A stretch of DNA of 64,000 nucleotides. Source: a bacterium (GTDB lineage Bacteria; UBA10199; 2-02-FULL-50-16; JAJFLM01). The position numbers and the translations under genes are program-made. The notes beneath the pieces were generated by a model. It was not told where the DNA came from, made no database searches, and saw nothing but the letters and a program-made list of their open reading frames with translations. Below, in pieces: positions 9,010 to 19,306 of this stretch (its first letter is position 1; the number at the start of each line of letters is the position of its first letter). The stretch covers positions 1,856,001-1,920,000 of the forward strand of contig CBDCFN010000016.1 of assembly GCA_965216315.1 (NCBI GenBank), given 5' to 3'.

Positions 9010-9150
9010 GGAAAGGGATACGAAACACGCAAAATATTCCTTTGCTAATTAGTTGGTTACAAAACCGAGCGGATAGAAAAACGCTTCCTAAATGTCAAAA
9101 TTTTGGCATTTTGCTAATGAGAGGCGGGAAAATGACATTCGGTGCCCCTG

Positions 9151-10110
9151 TCACTCGACGACACCGAGATGAAGAATGCGCGCTCCAGTCTGATTTTGAG
9201 GATTCGTACTCTTGCCGATAACCACCCCATCTTCAGGCGCAAAATAGTCTTCAACGAGGTCCCCGAAAATGTTCTTCACTCGGGCGATATGCTCTCCCTT
9301 TTTGATCAGCGTCGCAACATCGGGAAAGATCTCGAGGACACCTCCCTGGGAGGTGTAGATCCAATAGGACTTTTTGCACCAAATGGGCTGATGTTTAAAA
9401 ATTTTCTCTTTTTTAGGCAACATCTTGAGGTGCGACATTACATTAAGAATTCCTGTCGTAGAACTAGCAATCAGCTTCTTTTGAAATCTTTGGGGACCGC
9501 CGATCTCGATCGTAATCGCCGGAATGCCTTTCTTTGCGGCAGCACCGCGCAGCGTCTTATCACCGCCGACATTGTGAACAATAATCTGCGGATTCTGCAG
9601 TCTCGCCATAGTACGCGTTTCTTTATTGTCTAGGTTTGCCCGAACATAGAGTGAATTCATCCGGCCAAAACTCGCTGTATGTAGGTCAATTAAGTATTCA
9701 ACATGTTGGATAATACGATCCATGACGCGATAAGCGTAAATCTCGGCATTATCGCCCCCCCTCTTCCCGGGCATTATCCGATTGAGATCCGTGCCATCAT
9801 TAAAGTGTCTTGTCTGATTGAAGTACCCCGGGACGTTTAAGATGGGAATCGCGACAACCGCTCCACACAGCTTCTTGACCTCTATTTTTTCTATCAGACG
9901 ATGAATGGTTGGTAATCCATTGAGCTCATTACCGTGAACAGCGGCTGTGACCCCTAATACCGGCCCACGTTGTTTTCCTTTCGCAACCATAACAGGAACG
10001 TTAATTGGTTGACCAAAACCATCGCCGACAACCTTGATCCATAGACAAGTGATTCTAGCAGGCGACAGCTTGTCGACATTCAATCTATTCACAACTTCAT
10101 AAGTATTCAT
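9151..10110 (-). CDS. Succinylglutamate desuccinylase/aspartoacylase family (M14-like zinc deacylase/peptidase)
   Basis: AAVHGNELNG, DLNRIMPG, LIDLHTA motifs, catalytic Glu in ITIEIG, C-terminal hybrid domain. Confidence 0.88.
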   Translation of the reverse strand: MNTYEVVNRLNVDKLSPARITCLWIKVVGDGFGQPINVPVMVAKGKQRGPVLGVTAAVHGNELNGLPTIHRLIEKIEVKKLCGAVVAIPILNVPGYFNQTRHFNDGTDLNRIMPGKRGGDNAEIYAYRVMDRIIQHVEYLIDLHTASFGRMNSLYVRANLDNKETRTMARLQNPQIIVHNVGGDKTLRGAAAKKGIPAITIEIGGPQRFQKKLIASSTTGILNVMSHLKMLPKKEKIFKHQPIWCKKSYWIYTSQGGVLEIFPDVATLIKKGEHIARVKNIFGDLVEDYFAPEDGVVIGKSTNPQNQTGARILHLGVVE

Positions 10111-11564
10111 AAGACAATCTCATCCATTAGACTTTCGTCTTTATTCAACGATTGAAATAATTTTTTTCTAAATTTACCCTTACTCGTCACAAACGAGCTC
10201 GCCAATTTGTCAATCGCAACGACTGAAAAGATGGTCTGCAAAAAGGCTTCAATGAGATCATCAAGGCCAATACCTATTTTATTAAAATCTTTCCGATCCA
10301 TAAGAAGCAAGCGATTTGTATCACTCCCCCAAGATCCATCCTCCCGCCGTATAGACAAATTCGTCCCTAGCATATCCCAGGTAGATATATCAGAAGGCAG
10401 GTTCTCTACCAACGGGGTTCGAGACCTCCTGCTATAGATTGCAAGCGGCATAAACCCCTGCTGAGACGAACATATCATCATACGCAAATCGGCGACATAT
10501 ATGTTGCCCTTTTTACTGGGTACAGTACCAACATGATAGAAACGCGCTGATGAGCCCTGTGAACTCCAACGATTATTTCCAATTAAACTCTGCACAATAA
10601 ATTGATCATAATCGAATTCTCGTTGCATGAAATCATTAAGTTCATCTTCGTTTGTGATAGTAAAGACACCCTGACCGGCATTGCTATAGGGTACTTTTAC
10701 GACAGCGTGACCGCCCCACTTATGAACCCATAACGGAACTTCTTCTTTAGAGATATTCCAGATGGTCTCCGGGATCTGAATTGAAATATTACTGCCTTCA
10801 TACTCGGCATTGAAAAGGTCATAGGCCTTGGCGGCTAAAAGTTTATTACGACCACCAGCGAGACAACATAACACCGGATTTAATATCCTAGTCCTAGTAT
10901 CAATCGGAATCCTATTCCAGGGTTTCTGCGTCACATAACGAAAGGCACACCGAATCGGCACCCACTTGTCTTCGTAACGGACCTCCATTACTTTGTCTGT
11001 AAAGCGTACCCGGTCGCCGTTCGAACCAGCGGCTGAAAATTCCACTAAGAATATGTTTTCACTCGTCAAGTCGGCAAGAACAGCGGCATATCCGGACGCT
11101 TCTAAGAAATTCTTATCATAGATGACGGCTAGTTGGCCCCTGGGAAGTCTTCTCTGCTTTAAAAGCGGCAAAAAAGCCTTGGTCAAGAGACGCTTATAAC
11201 CGCCTTGATCGTCAACCTCCAAGAGTAGAGGCATTGATTTCTGACCCGACGGACAAGAATTGGTTTCAATCAGAACCATTTGCCCGATACCATGCTCGCT
11301 CGAGACTTTAAAGAGATCGGCACCGGCCCAATTTAAATATTTCGGTTGGTAGGTCAGAAGAGTTTCTAATGTCTCCGCATCCGCTTGGGGATGCAAGTGA
11401 AGGTAACGGCTTTGAATGCGTTCCAACTCCATATTGAGAAAAAACGCTACTAATGGATGGATTTGAGCATTCAGGACTCTGGAATAATAATGGTTCTCTG
11501 CTTCAAAGCTTCCAGGCTTTATGAGCTGGACAGACTGGCGCGTCCCCACCTTATCTTGTTCCAT
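10107..11564 (-). CDS. Uncharacterised circularly permuted ATP-grasp-like ligase
   Basis: GADLF..VLIETNSCPSG, VVKVPYSNAGQG, FIVQSLI, YVADLRMM, GSWGSDT appear in the order typical of circularly permuted type-2 ATP-grasp proteins; 4-nt ATGA overlap with the downstream deacylase. Confidence 0.6.
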   Translation of the reverse strand: MEQDKVGTRQSVQLIKPGSFEAENHYYSRVLNAQIHPLVAFFLNMELERIQSRYLHLHPQADAETLETLLTYQPKYLNWAGADLFKVSSEHGIGQMVLIETNSCPSGQKSMPLLLEVDDQGGYKRLLTKAFLPLLKQRRLPRGQLAVIYDKNFLEASGYAAVLADLTSENIFLVEFSAAGSNGDRVRFTDKVMEVRYEDKWVPIRCAFRYVTQKPWNRIPIDTRTRILNPVLCCLAGGRNKLLAAKAYDLFNAEYEGSNISIQIPETIWNISKEEVPLWVHKWGGHAVVKVPYSNAGQGVFTITNEDELNDFMQREFDYDQFIVQSLIGNNRWSSQGSSARFYHVGTVPSKKGNIYVADLRMMICSSQQGFMPLAIYSRRSRTPLVENLPSDISTWDMLGTNLSIRREDGSWGSDTNRLLLMDRKDFNKIGIGLDDLIEAFLQTIFSVVAIDKLASSFVTSKGKFRKKLFQSLNKDESLMDEIVL

Positions 11565-11641
11565 AGTTAGACGGAGGGTATTGAGAAAAAGGGGCTTCGT
11601 CTATCTATAATTGAGCTGGTTTCAGGGCTGACCGATAGAGG

Positions 11642-12805
11642 CTAAGCCGCTGCCGCTTGGGACTTCCATTTAGGCAACCTGAGCAATTTGGGCCGCTTCG
11701 GCAGTGAAGGCACCGACAGCTTGGCCAGGCGCTTCACCGCACCGGCGAGAGTCAGACCCCAGTTCCCCTTATTATAGCTTACTCCGTAACGCTCACATAT
11801 CGCCTGAACTTTGGGCTGAATTTCACGCAGACGATTGGGAGGCAGCTTGGGAAACAAATGATGTTCGATTTGCGTGTCTAGGGCCCCACAGAGAACACTG
11901 AGAGGCAGCGGCACATCATAATTGTGCGCCGCTTCGACCTGAGCCTTATACCATTGACCGCGTCCTTTCGGCTTAAAGTCATGGTCATAGTATTTCAGAT
12001 CATCACCAAAGTGACCGGCATAGATAGTCGCGGCACTATAAATATTGCGCAAGACATCCGCGCTGAGATTAGCGCCCAGTACCTTCCACCATAGTGGCCC
12101 GGCTAACACCGGCCAAAACACGAAATTGTAGAACGAATAAGGCACCATCTTCCGCAGCGTTTTATTTAAGGCCTGTGCAATTGAACTCGCCTTTCGATCT
12201 TTTAGAATTTTCGCGTAATTCTCATCTCTGTTCTTTTGGATGAGATCATTAACCCCCGTCGCATAGGTCGCAATGACCCAGAGAAAAATTGGTGCTGTCC
12301 AGAAAAATTGAGCGGCCTGAATCAAATGAATGGGAACCCATGGAATCTGCTCCGCTGAACGAATCGTCCCATAACTCAGATCCGGATCCTTGCCGATAAT
12401 ATTTGTATATTGGTGATGCAGAACGTTGTGCTCGTGCTTCCAACTTTCTTCATCGATCGGCGTCTTCCAATGAAAAGACGCGGATGCAAACAATTCTGCC
12501 CCGGCAATCCCATCCCATGACCCGTGCAGGGCTGAGTGACCGATTTCGGTCGCGTGCAACTGATTATGAATCGAAAGCGCAAAAACCCCTGCCGACCAAC
12601 TCAACGGATCGAGGCTGAAATGAATCAACAAGCGCCCGACAATCTCCGACAGGCGAGCAATGCGTTCAATCTTTTTGACGTAGGCCACATCCTCAGCACC
12701 GAGCTGCGCTTTGATGTCTTCGTGAACGGTATCGAGTTCCTTGGCGAAGGCATCATACTTCGCCTGGGTCCAGGGTGATAGAGCGGTCGCAACTTGAGTA
12801 GCCAT
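11642..12805 (-). CDS. Membrane fatty acid (acyl-CoA) desaturase, DesA3-like
   Basis: His boxes HSALH, HNVLHH, QIEHHLFP; SD AAGGAG before ATG 12805. Confidence 0.9.
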   Translation of the reverse strand: MATQVATALSPWTQAKYDAFAKELDTVHEDIKAQLGAEDVAYVKKIERIARLSEIVGRLLIHFSLDPLSWSAGVFALSIHNQLHATEIGHSALHGSWDGIAGAELFASASFHWKTPIDEESWKHEHNVLHHQYTNIIGKDPDLSYGTIRSAEQIPWVPIHLIQAAQFFWTAPIFLWVIATYATGVNDLIQKNRDENYAKILKDRKASSIAQALNKTLRKMVPYSFYNFVFWPVLAGPLWWKVLGANLSADVLRNIYSAATIYAGHFGDDLKYYDHDFKPKGRGQWYKAQVEAAHNYDVPLPLSVLCGALDTQIEHHLFPKLPPNRLREIQPKVQAICERYGVSYNKGNWGLTLAGAVKRLAKLSVPSLPKRPKLLRLPKWKSQAAAA

Positions 12806-12820
12806 TGAGTCTCCTTGGTG

Positions 12821-12844
12821 TTCAGTAAACAATTGTATACTGAA
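12821..12844. promoter_or_regulatory. Palindromic operator upstream of the desaturase (DesT/FabR-like TetR site)
   Basis: TTCAGTAAACAA-TTGTATACTGAA, 24-bp inverted repeat with one mismatch. Confidence 0.6.
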
Positions 12845-12920
12845 AACCACTCATTACCTCTCAAGTCAAGTGTAAAAACAAGGATCTCAACTGTAAACAC
12901 TTGTTATGTCTGTGGATAAG

Positions 12921-13292
12921 CTACTCGGGGCCTGACGGATCCGCCGGTGGAGAGGCCTCCGGAGCCGGGGCTTCCGCTTCGCTGGCAGGTTGTTCCACAG
13001 GCGTCGGCGTGACGGGAAGCTCTGCTCCGGTGGCCGGCACCGATTCCAAGACAGAACCGGCATCCTGCCGGGAGAAATAGGTCAGCGTAATCGAGGTGGC
13101 TAAAAAAAGCGTCGCCGCCACGATGGTCACCTTATGCAGCAAGGTCGCCGCTCCACGCGGACCAAACACCGTTTGGGAACTCCCTGCTCCAAAGGCTGCG
13201 CCGATATCAGCGCCCTTGCCGCTCTGGAGTAAAATTGTCGCGACCAAAAATATGGCGACGATCACATGAACAATAATAATTAATGTTTCCAT
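12921..13292 (-). CDS. secG: Preprotein translocase subunit SecG
   Basis: [24 protein letters not shown], two TM helices, downstream of tpiA. Confidence 0.93.
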   Translation of the reverse strand: METLIIIVHVIVAIFLVATILLQSGKGADIGAAFGAGSSQTVFGPRGAATLLHKVTIVAATLFLATSITLTYFSRQDAGSVLESVPATGAELPVTPTPVEQPASEAEAPAPEASPPADPSGPE

Positions 13293-13311
13293 AATTTAAG
13301 TACCCTCTTGC

Positions 13312-14088
13312 TTACTCACCCGACTGGGCTTGACCTACATTTTGGATAATTTCAACAAACTCTTCCGGATCCAGGCTCGCCCCGCCTACCAGGAGTCCAT
13401 CCACATTACTGGATTGAATCAGACTCTTGGCATTGGTTGCCTTGACACTGCCCCCGTATAAAAGGCGGATGTCATTTGCCGTCGGCGCATCAAAGCGTTT
13501 GCCAAGAAAATTACGAATCCAGTCATGCACTTCACCGACTTGTCCCGAGGTCGCATTCTGACCCGTACCAATGGCCCAGACCGGTTCATAGGCGACTGAA
13601 AAAGCTTCGATGTCATGTATATGCAATTCTTGAAGTCCCACATTCAATTGATGCTCAATGTAATCAAACGTCTTGTTGGCCTCTCTTTCCTCCAACGTCT
13701 CACCCACGCAAAAAATAACTTCTAAATCGGCTGCCAGACCTGCACGCACCTTGCGATTGATCAGTTCATTATCTTCTTTGAAAATATGACGGCGCTCTGA
13801 ATGGCCCACAATAACGAACTCACAACCAACATCCTTTAAAAAAGGCCCTGAAATCTCTCCCGTAAAGGCCCCCTCATTTTCATAGTATAAATTTTGCGCG
13901 CCTAACTTAATATTGAAGTCCTGTAAGGCAATGCCCGCTGAATATAAGGCCGTAAACGGAGGCGCCACAACAACTTCAATGCCAGCCGAGTCTTCTAATT
14001 GACGTTCCAAAGCAGTCAGCCGCTTGAGCGTCTCGCCAATCATCCCGTTCATCTTCCAATTGCCAACGACTAGTGGCGCTTTAGCCAT
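13312..14088 (-). CDS. tpiA: Triosephosphate isomerase
   Basis: GNWKMN, GHSERR, AYEPVWAIGTG, YGGSV, LVGGASL. Confidence 0.97.
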   Translation of the reverse strand: MAKAPLVVGNWKMNGMIGETLKRLTALERQLEDSAGIEVVVAPPFTALYSAGIALQDFNIKLGAQNLYYENEGAFTGEISGPFLKDVGCEFVIVGHSERRHIFKEDNELINRKVRAGLAADLEVIFCVGETLEEREANKTFDYIEHQLNVGLQELHIHDIEAFSVAYEPVWAIGTGQNATSGQVGEVHDWIRNFLGKRFDAPTANDIRLLYGGSVKATNAKSLIQSSNVDGLLVGGASLDPEEFVEIIQNVGQAQSGE

Positions 14089-14093
14089 AAGTG

Positions 14094-15275
14094 TTATCCC
14101 TCCAAAGCACTCAGGCCGGGAAGTTCACGGCCCTCTAAAAATGCGAGTGACGCCCCACCTCCGGTCGAGATATGCGTCACCTGATCAGCCAATCCCAAGG
14201 ATTTTAATGCCGACACGCTATCGCCCCCGCCAATAACCGATTTGGCAGCCGACGCGGCCACGGCCTGCGCAATTTCCCGCGTCCCAACGGCAAAAGCATC
14301 GTTTTCAAAATATCCCAAGGGACCATTCCAAAAAATCGTCCCGGCCCCGCTGAGCACCTCAGCAAACTGCGCAACGGTCTTCGGTCCGATGTCCAGACCA
14401 AGTTGCGATTCCGGAACATCAATCCCCTCAGTCAGTTCGGCATTCGCTTCCAGGCTTAATTCCGCAGCCACTCGATGATCGATCGGCAAGAGCAACTCGA
14501 CTCCCTTAGTCCGAGCCCGTTCCAGTATCCGCTGGGCCAAATGCAGTTTTTCTTCCTCAAAGCGCGAACGGCCTATTTCATGTCCTTGCGCCTTGAGAAA
14601 GGTGTAAGCCAAACCGCCGCCTAAAAGCAAACCATCAACCTTATCAATGAGTTTTTCGATCAAGCCGATTTTGTCCGCCACCTTCGCACCGCCAATAACG
14701 GCCCAAAACGGCTTCGCGGGCGACTCGAGCAATTCCGACAGGACTTGTAACTCCTTCTGAACGAGAAATCCAGCGCCACGCTCGCGCAAATGGGGAACCA
14801 TCCCCACGGTCGAGGCATGAGCCCGATGGAGCGTCCCGAAAGCGTCATTTACATAAACATCGGCTAGCTCGGCTAATTGCAGTGAGAATTGCGGATCATT
14901 CGCCTCTTCTCCCGGATGAAAACGGAGATTCTCGAGCAGAAGAACACCTTTTGATCTCAGCTCATGCGCGAGTCGTTGCACGGCCGCACTCATCGTCTGT
15001 TCCGGGAAGATAACATCAAGCCCGAGACATTCGCTGAGATGCTCGGCAACCGGTAATAGAGAGAAGCGTTGATCCACTTGGCCTTTAGGACGGCCCAGAT
15101 GAGACGCAATAACCACGCGCGCGCCCTGATCAAGGAGGTATTGCAAGGTTGGAAGTGCGGCTTGAATGCGCGTGTCATCCGCAATGCGGCCTTCCTCCGT
15201 CAACGGGACATTAAAATCCACCCGGACAAAGACCCGTTTCTCATCGATCTCAAGCTGGTCTACCGAATGAATCAC
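14094..15275 (-). CDS. pgk: Phosphoglycerate kinase
   Basis: RVDFNVP, SHLGRP, LLENLRF, GGAKVADK, STGGGASL. Confidence 0.97.
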   Translation of the reverse strand: MIHSVDQLEIDEKRVFVRVDFNVPLTEEGRIADDTRIQAALPTLQYLLDQGARVVIASHLGRPKGQVDQRFSLLPVAEHLSECLGLDVIFPEQTMSAAVQRLAHELRSKGVLLLENLRFHPGEEANDPQFSLQLAELADVYVNDAFGTLHRAHASTVGMVPHLRERGAGFLVQKELQVLSELLESPAKPFWAVIGGAKVADKIGLIEKLIDKVDGLLLGGGLAYTFLKAQGHEIGRSRFEEEKLHLAQRILERARTKGVELLLPIDHRVAAELSLEANAELTEGIDVPESQLGLDIGPKTVAQFAEVLSGAGTIFWNGPLGYFENDAFAVGTREIAQAVAASAAKSVIGGGDSVSALKSLGLADQVTHISTGGGASLAFLEGRELPGLSALEG

Positions 15276-15281
15276 CGTTAA

Positions 15282-16292
15282 CTAGAGAGACTTTGCAACC
15301 AGTCGGGTCAAATCCACCATGCGGTTAGAAAAGCCCGTTTCATTATCATACCAAGACAGTACCTTAACGAGATTATTATCAATGACGTTGGTCGAAAGCA
15401 GATCGACTATCGACGAATAAGCATTACCGTTATAATCCGCTGACACCAATGGCTCTTCGCTGACCGCCAGGACCTCACCCAAAGGTCCCTTAACGGCTTT
15501 ACGGAAACTCTCATTGACCTGCTCAACCGACGTTCCTTCGTCAACCACCGCCACGAGATCCACCAAGGAAACATTGGGCGTCGGCACTCGAACCGCCAGT
15601 CCATCAATATGACCTTTGAGCTCTGGAAAGATCCCGCCAATCATGCGCGCCGCTCCTGTCGTCGTCGGAATCATCGACAAGGCGCCAGCACGGGCACGGC
15701 GCGGATCACTATGGTAAGAATCAATAATCCGCTGATCATTCGTATAAGAATGGACCGTCGTCATAAACGCGCTCTTAATCTTGAATTGTTCATGGAGTAC
15801 TTTCACCAACGGGGCAACACAGTTAGTCGTGCAACTTGCATTGGAAATAATATGGTGTTTGCCCGCATCGTATTGGTCGTCATTAATACCTATCAGAATG
15901 GTCATATCTTGATCTTTGGCCGGAGCCGAAACGACCACCTTCTTAACGCTATCCCCCAAGTGTCCTTCGGCGTCCTTGCGCTGGGTAAAACGTCCCGTAC
16001 ATTCCAGAACAATATCAACATCTCGATCCGACCAGGGAATCTCGCTGGGATGGCGCTGCTGACTCAGCGTCACCGGTCGGCCCCCGATCACTAATTCCTT
16101 ATCACGAGCCGTCACCTCTGCAGGCAAGATCCCGTGAACGGAATCATAACGCAGCAAATGGGCCGCTTCCGCGGGCTCCATCAGATCATTGGCCATGACG
16201 ATCTCAAAATCACTGGTACCCGATGTCAACCATGCCCTTAAAACACCCTTACCAATACGCCCTAGTCCATTAATTCCAACTCTCACGCTCAT
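15282..16292 (-). CDS. gap: Type I glyceraldehyde-3-phosphate dehydrogenase
   Basis: GINGLGRIG, SNASCTTNC, WYDNETG. Confidence 0.97.
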   Translation of the reverse strand: MSVRVGINGLGRIGKGVLRAWLTSGTSDFEIVMANDLMEPAEAAHLLRYDSVHGILPAEVTARDKELVIGGRPVTLSQQRHPSEIPWSDRDVDIVLECTGRFTQRKDAEGHLGDSVKKVVVSAPAKDQDMTILIGINDDQYDAGKHHIISNASCTTNCVAPLVKVLHEQFKIKSAFMTTVHSYTNDQRIIDSYHSDPRRARAGALSMIPTTTGAARMIGGIFPELKGHIDGLAVRVPTPNVSLVDLVAVVDEGTSVEQVNESFRKAVKGPLGEVLAVSEEPLVSADYNGNAYSSIVDLLSTNVIDNNLVKVLSWYDNETGFSNRMVDLTRLVAKSL

Positions 16293-16418
16293 GATTATTT
16301 CCTTAGTTTATTAGAGGATTACGAGAATTCCGACGGGCTATAAATGGCGGCGTGGCTAAGATTTGTCAAGGCCCCAAGGGCCTTGCATCCTCAAAGGCCA
16401 TAAGTTACAAGACTCGCC

Positions 16419-16964
16419 ATGCGATTGACCGATGAGCAGATCGAGCGCCTCGCAGAGCGGGTCTTGAGAAGGCTCCAAAATGATTCCCTCGTTCAAACCA
16501 AGGTCCCAGGCCCCGAGATCGTCCGCGCCATCGCCGCCTGCATTGTCAAACATCAGAACGACGGCATCGCGGTCGAAAACGAGGTCCGCAAGCTCATGGA
16601 CCAATATTCGGCCCAGATGAGCTCAGGCCAAATCGATACCCAGCAAATGTACTCAATGATTCGCAAGCAGGTCGCCAACAAGCTCAAATACGAGCTCGAT
16701 CCCGAGGAGCAGGTGACCCATGTCTCTCATCTGGTCCACGACCGCATCTACAACGATGATCTCATCGACTACGAAGACGAAGACAAGGCCTTACGGGCCA
16801 TCAAACAGACCCTCCACCAGACTCTCCGGGCCGAAGACACCTTAGGTCAGAAGGTCCGCGACAAGATCGCCTCCCTCAAACGCGAGGTCCAGGAAGGCAG
16901 CCCGGAATGGGAAGTCCTCTATCGCAAGTATATGGACGAAGAGCTGAATAAAAGCGGCGTCTGA
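16419..16964 (+). CDS. DUF507-like protein (two-repeat form)
   Basis: MRLTDEQIERLA N-terminus and VRDKIASLKREVQEGSPEWEVLYRKYMDEEL C-terminus. Confidence 0.7.
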   Translation: MRLTDEQIERLAERVLRRLQNDSLVQTKVPGPEIVRAIAACIVKHQNDGIAVENEVRKLMDQYSAQMSSGQIDTQQMYSMIRKQVANKLKYELDPEEQVTHVSHLVHDRIYNDDLIDYEDEDKALRAIKQTLHQTLRAEDTLGQKVRDKIASLKREVQEGSPEWEVLYRKYMDEELNKSGV

Positions 16965-16968
16965 ACCC

Positions 16969-16996
16969 TTGACAAGGCGCGTAAAATGGCTATATT
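16969..16996 (+). promoter_or_regulatory. sigma70-type promoter of groESL
   Basis: TTGACA-N16-TATATT. Confidence 0.55.
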
Positions 16997-17008
16997 TCCC
17001 ACCGGTTT

Positions 17009-17035
17009 TTAGCAGTCTCGAATTGAGAGTGCTAA
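17009..17035 (+). promoter_or_regulatory. CIRCE element (HrcA operator)
   Basis: TTAGCAGTC-N9-GAGTGCTAA, one mismatch to consensus, upstream of groES. Confidence 0.9.
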
Positions 17036-17115
17036 ATCGGGCTCCCCTAGTGGGATTTTTTTCAATATATTTTTATTGATTTCAAACACTTATATCTCTT
17101 CAGGAGGAATTGATT

Positions 17116-17421
17116 ATGACAAAGAAAAACGGTGTCGGCATTCGCCCCCTGCAGGATCGCATCCTGGTAAAGCGTATCGTCGAAGATGAAAAGACGGCGG
17201 GTGGCATTATCATTCCGGACTCCGCCAAAGAAAAACCCCAAGAAGGCGAAGTCATCGCGGTCGGCAAGGGCCGGGTTACGGATGACGGCAAATCCATCCC
17301 CTTGGACCTTAAAAAAGGCGATAAAATCCTGTTCGGTAAATATTCAGGGACTGAAGTGAACCTTGGGGGTACCGAGCACTTGATCATGACTGAAGGGGAT
17401 GTCCTCGGGGTCATCGAATAA
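17116..17421 (+). CDS. groES: Co-chaperonin GroES
   Basis: [35 protein letters not shown]. Confidence 0.97.
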   Translation: MTKKNGVGIRPLQDRILVKRIVEDEKTAGGIIIPDSAKEKPQEGEVIAVGKGRVTDDGKSIPLDLKKGDKILFGKYSGTEVNLGGTEHLIMTEGDVLGVIE

Positions 17422-17455
17422 GTTATTTTAATGCATTTTTTAAGGAGGAATTCAC

Positions 17456-19117
<1,662 letters not shown>

Positions 19118-19145
19118 CGCTCAGCGTCACTTATCGAAGTCTTAC

Positions 19146-19188
19146 AACCCCGTGGGATGGCGACTGCGTCTATCCCACGGGGTTTTTT
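19146..19188 (+). terminator. groEL rho-independent terminator
   Basis: AACCCCGTGGGATGG..CTATCCCACGGGGTTTTTT. Confidence 0.85.
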
Positions 19189-19306
19189 ATGCGCAACCCT
19201 AAGCTGAATCATGCGATAAAGCGATTGACGGCAGAGGGGAGCCCCGGTTACTATCACCCAAATTACAAGGACTTAGGTCTCCTTTAGGGAGCAAAGAGGG
19301 AGTTCG

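Noticed and set aside
9142..9633. 163-aa plus-strand ORF, and similar ORFs 39955-40506, 41496-42008 and 48797-49369
   Set aside because: Antisense or out-of-frame overlaps of better-supported genes
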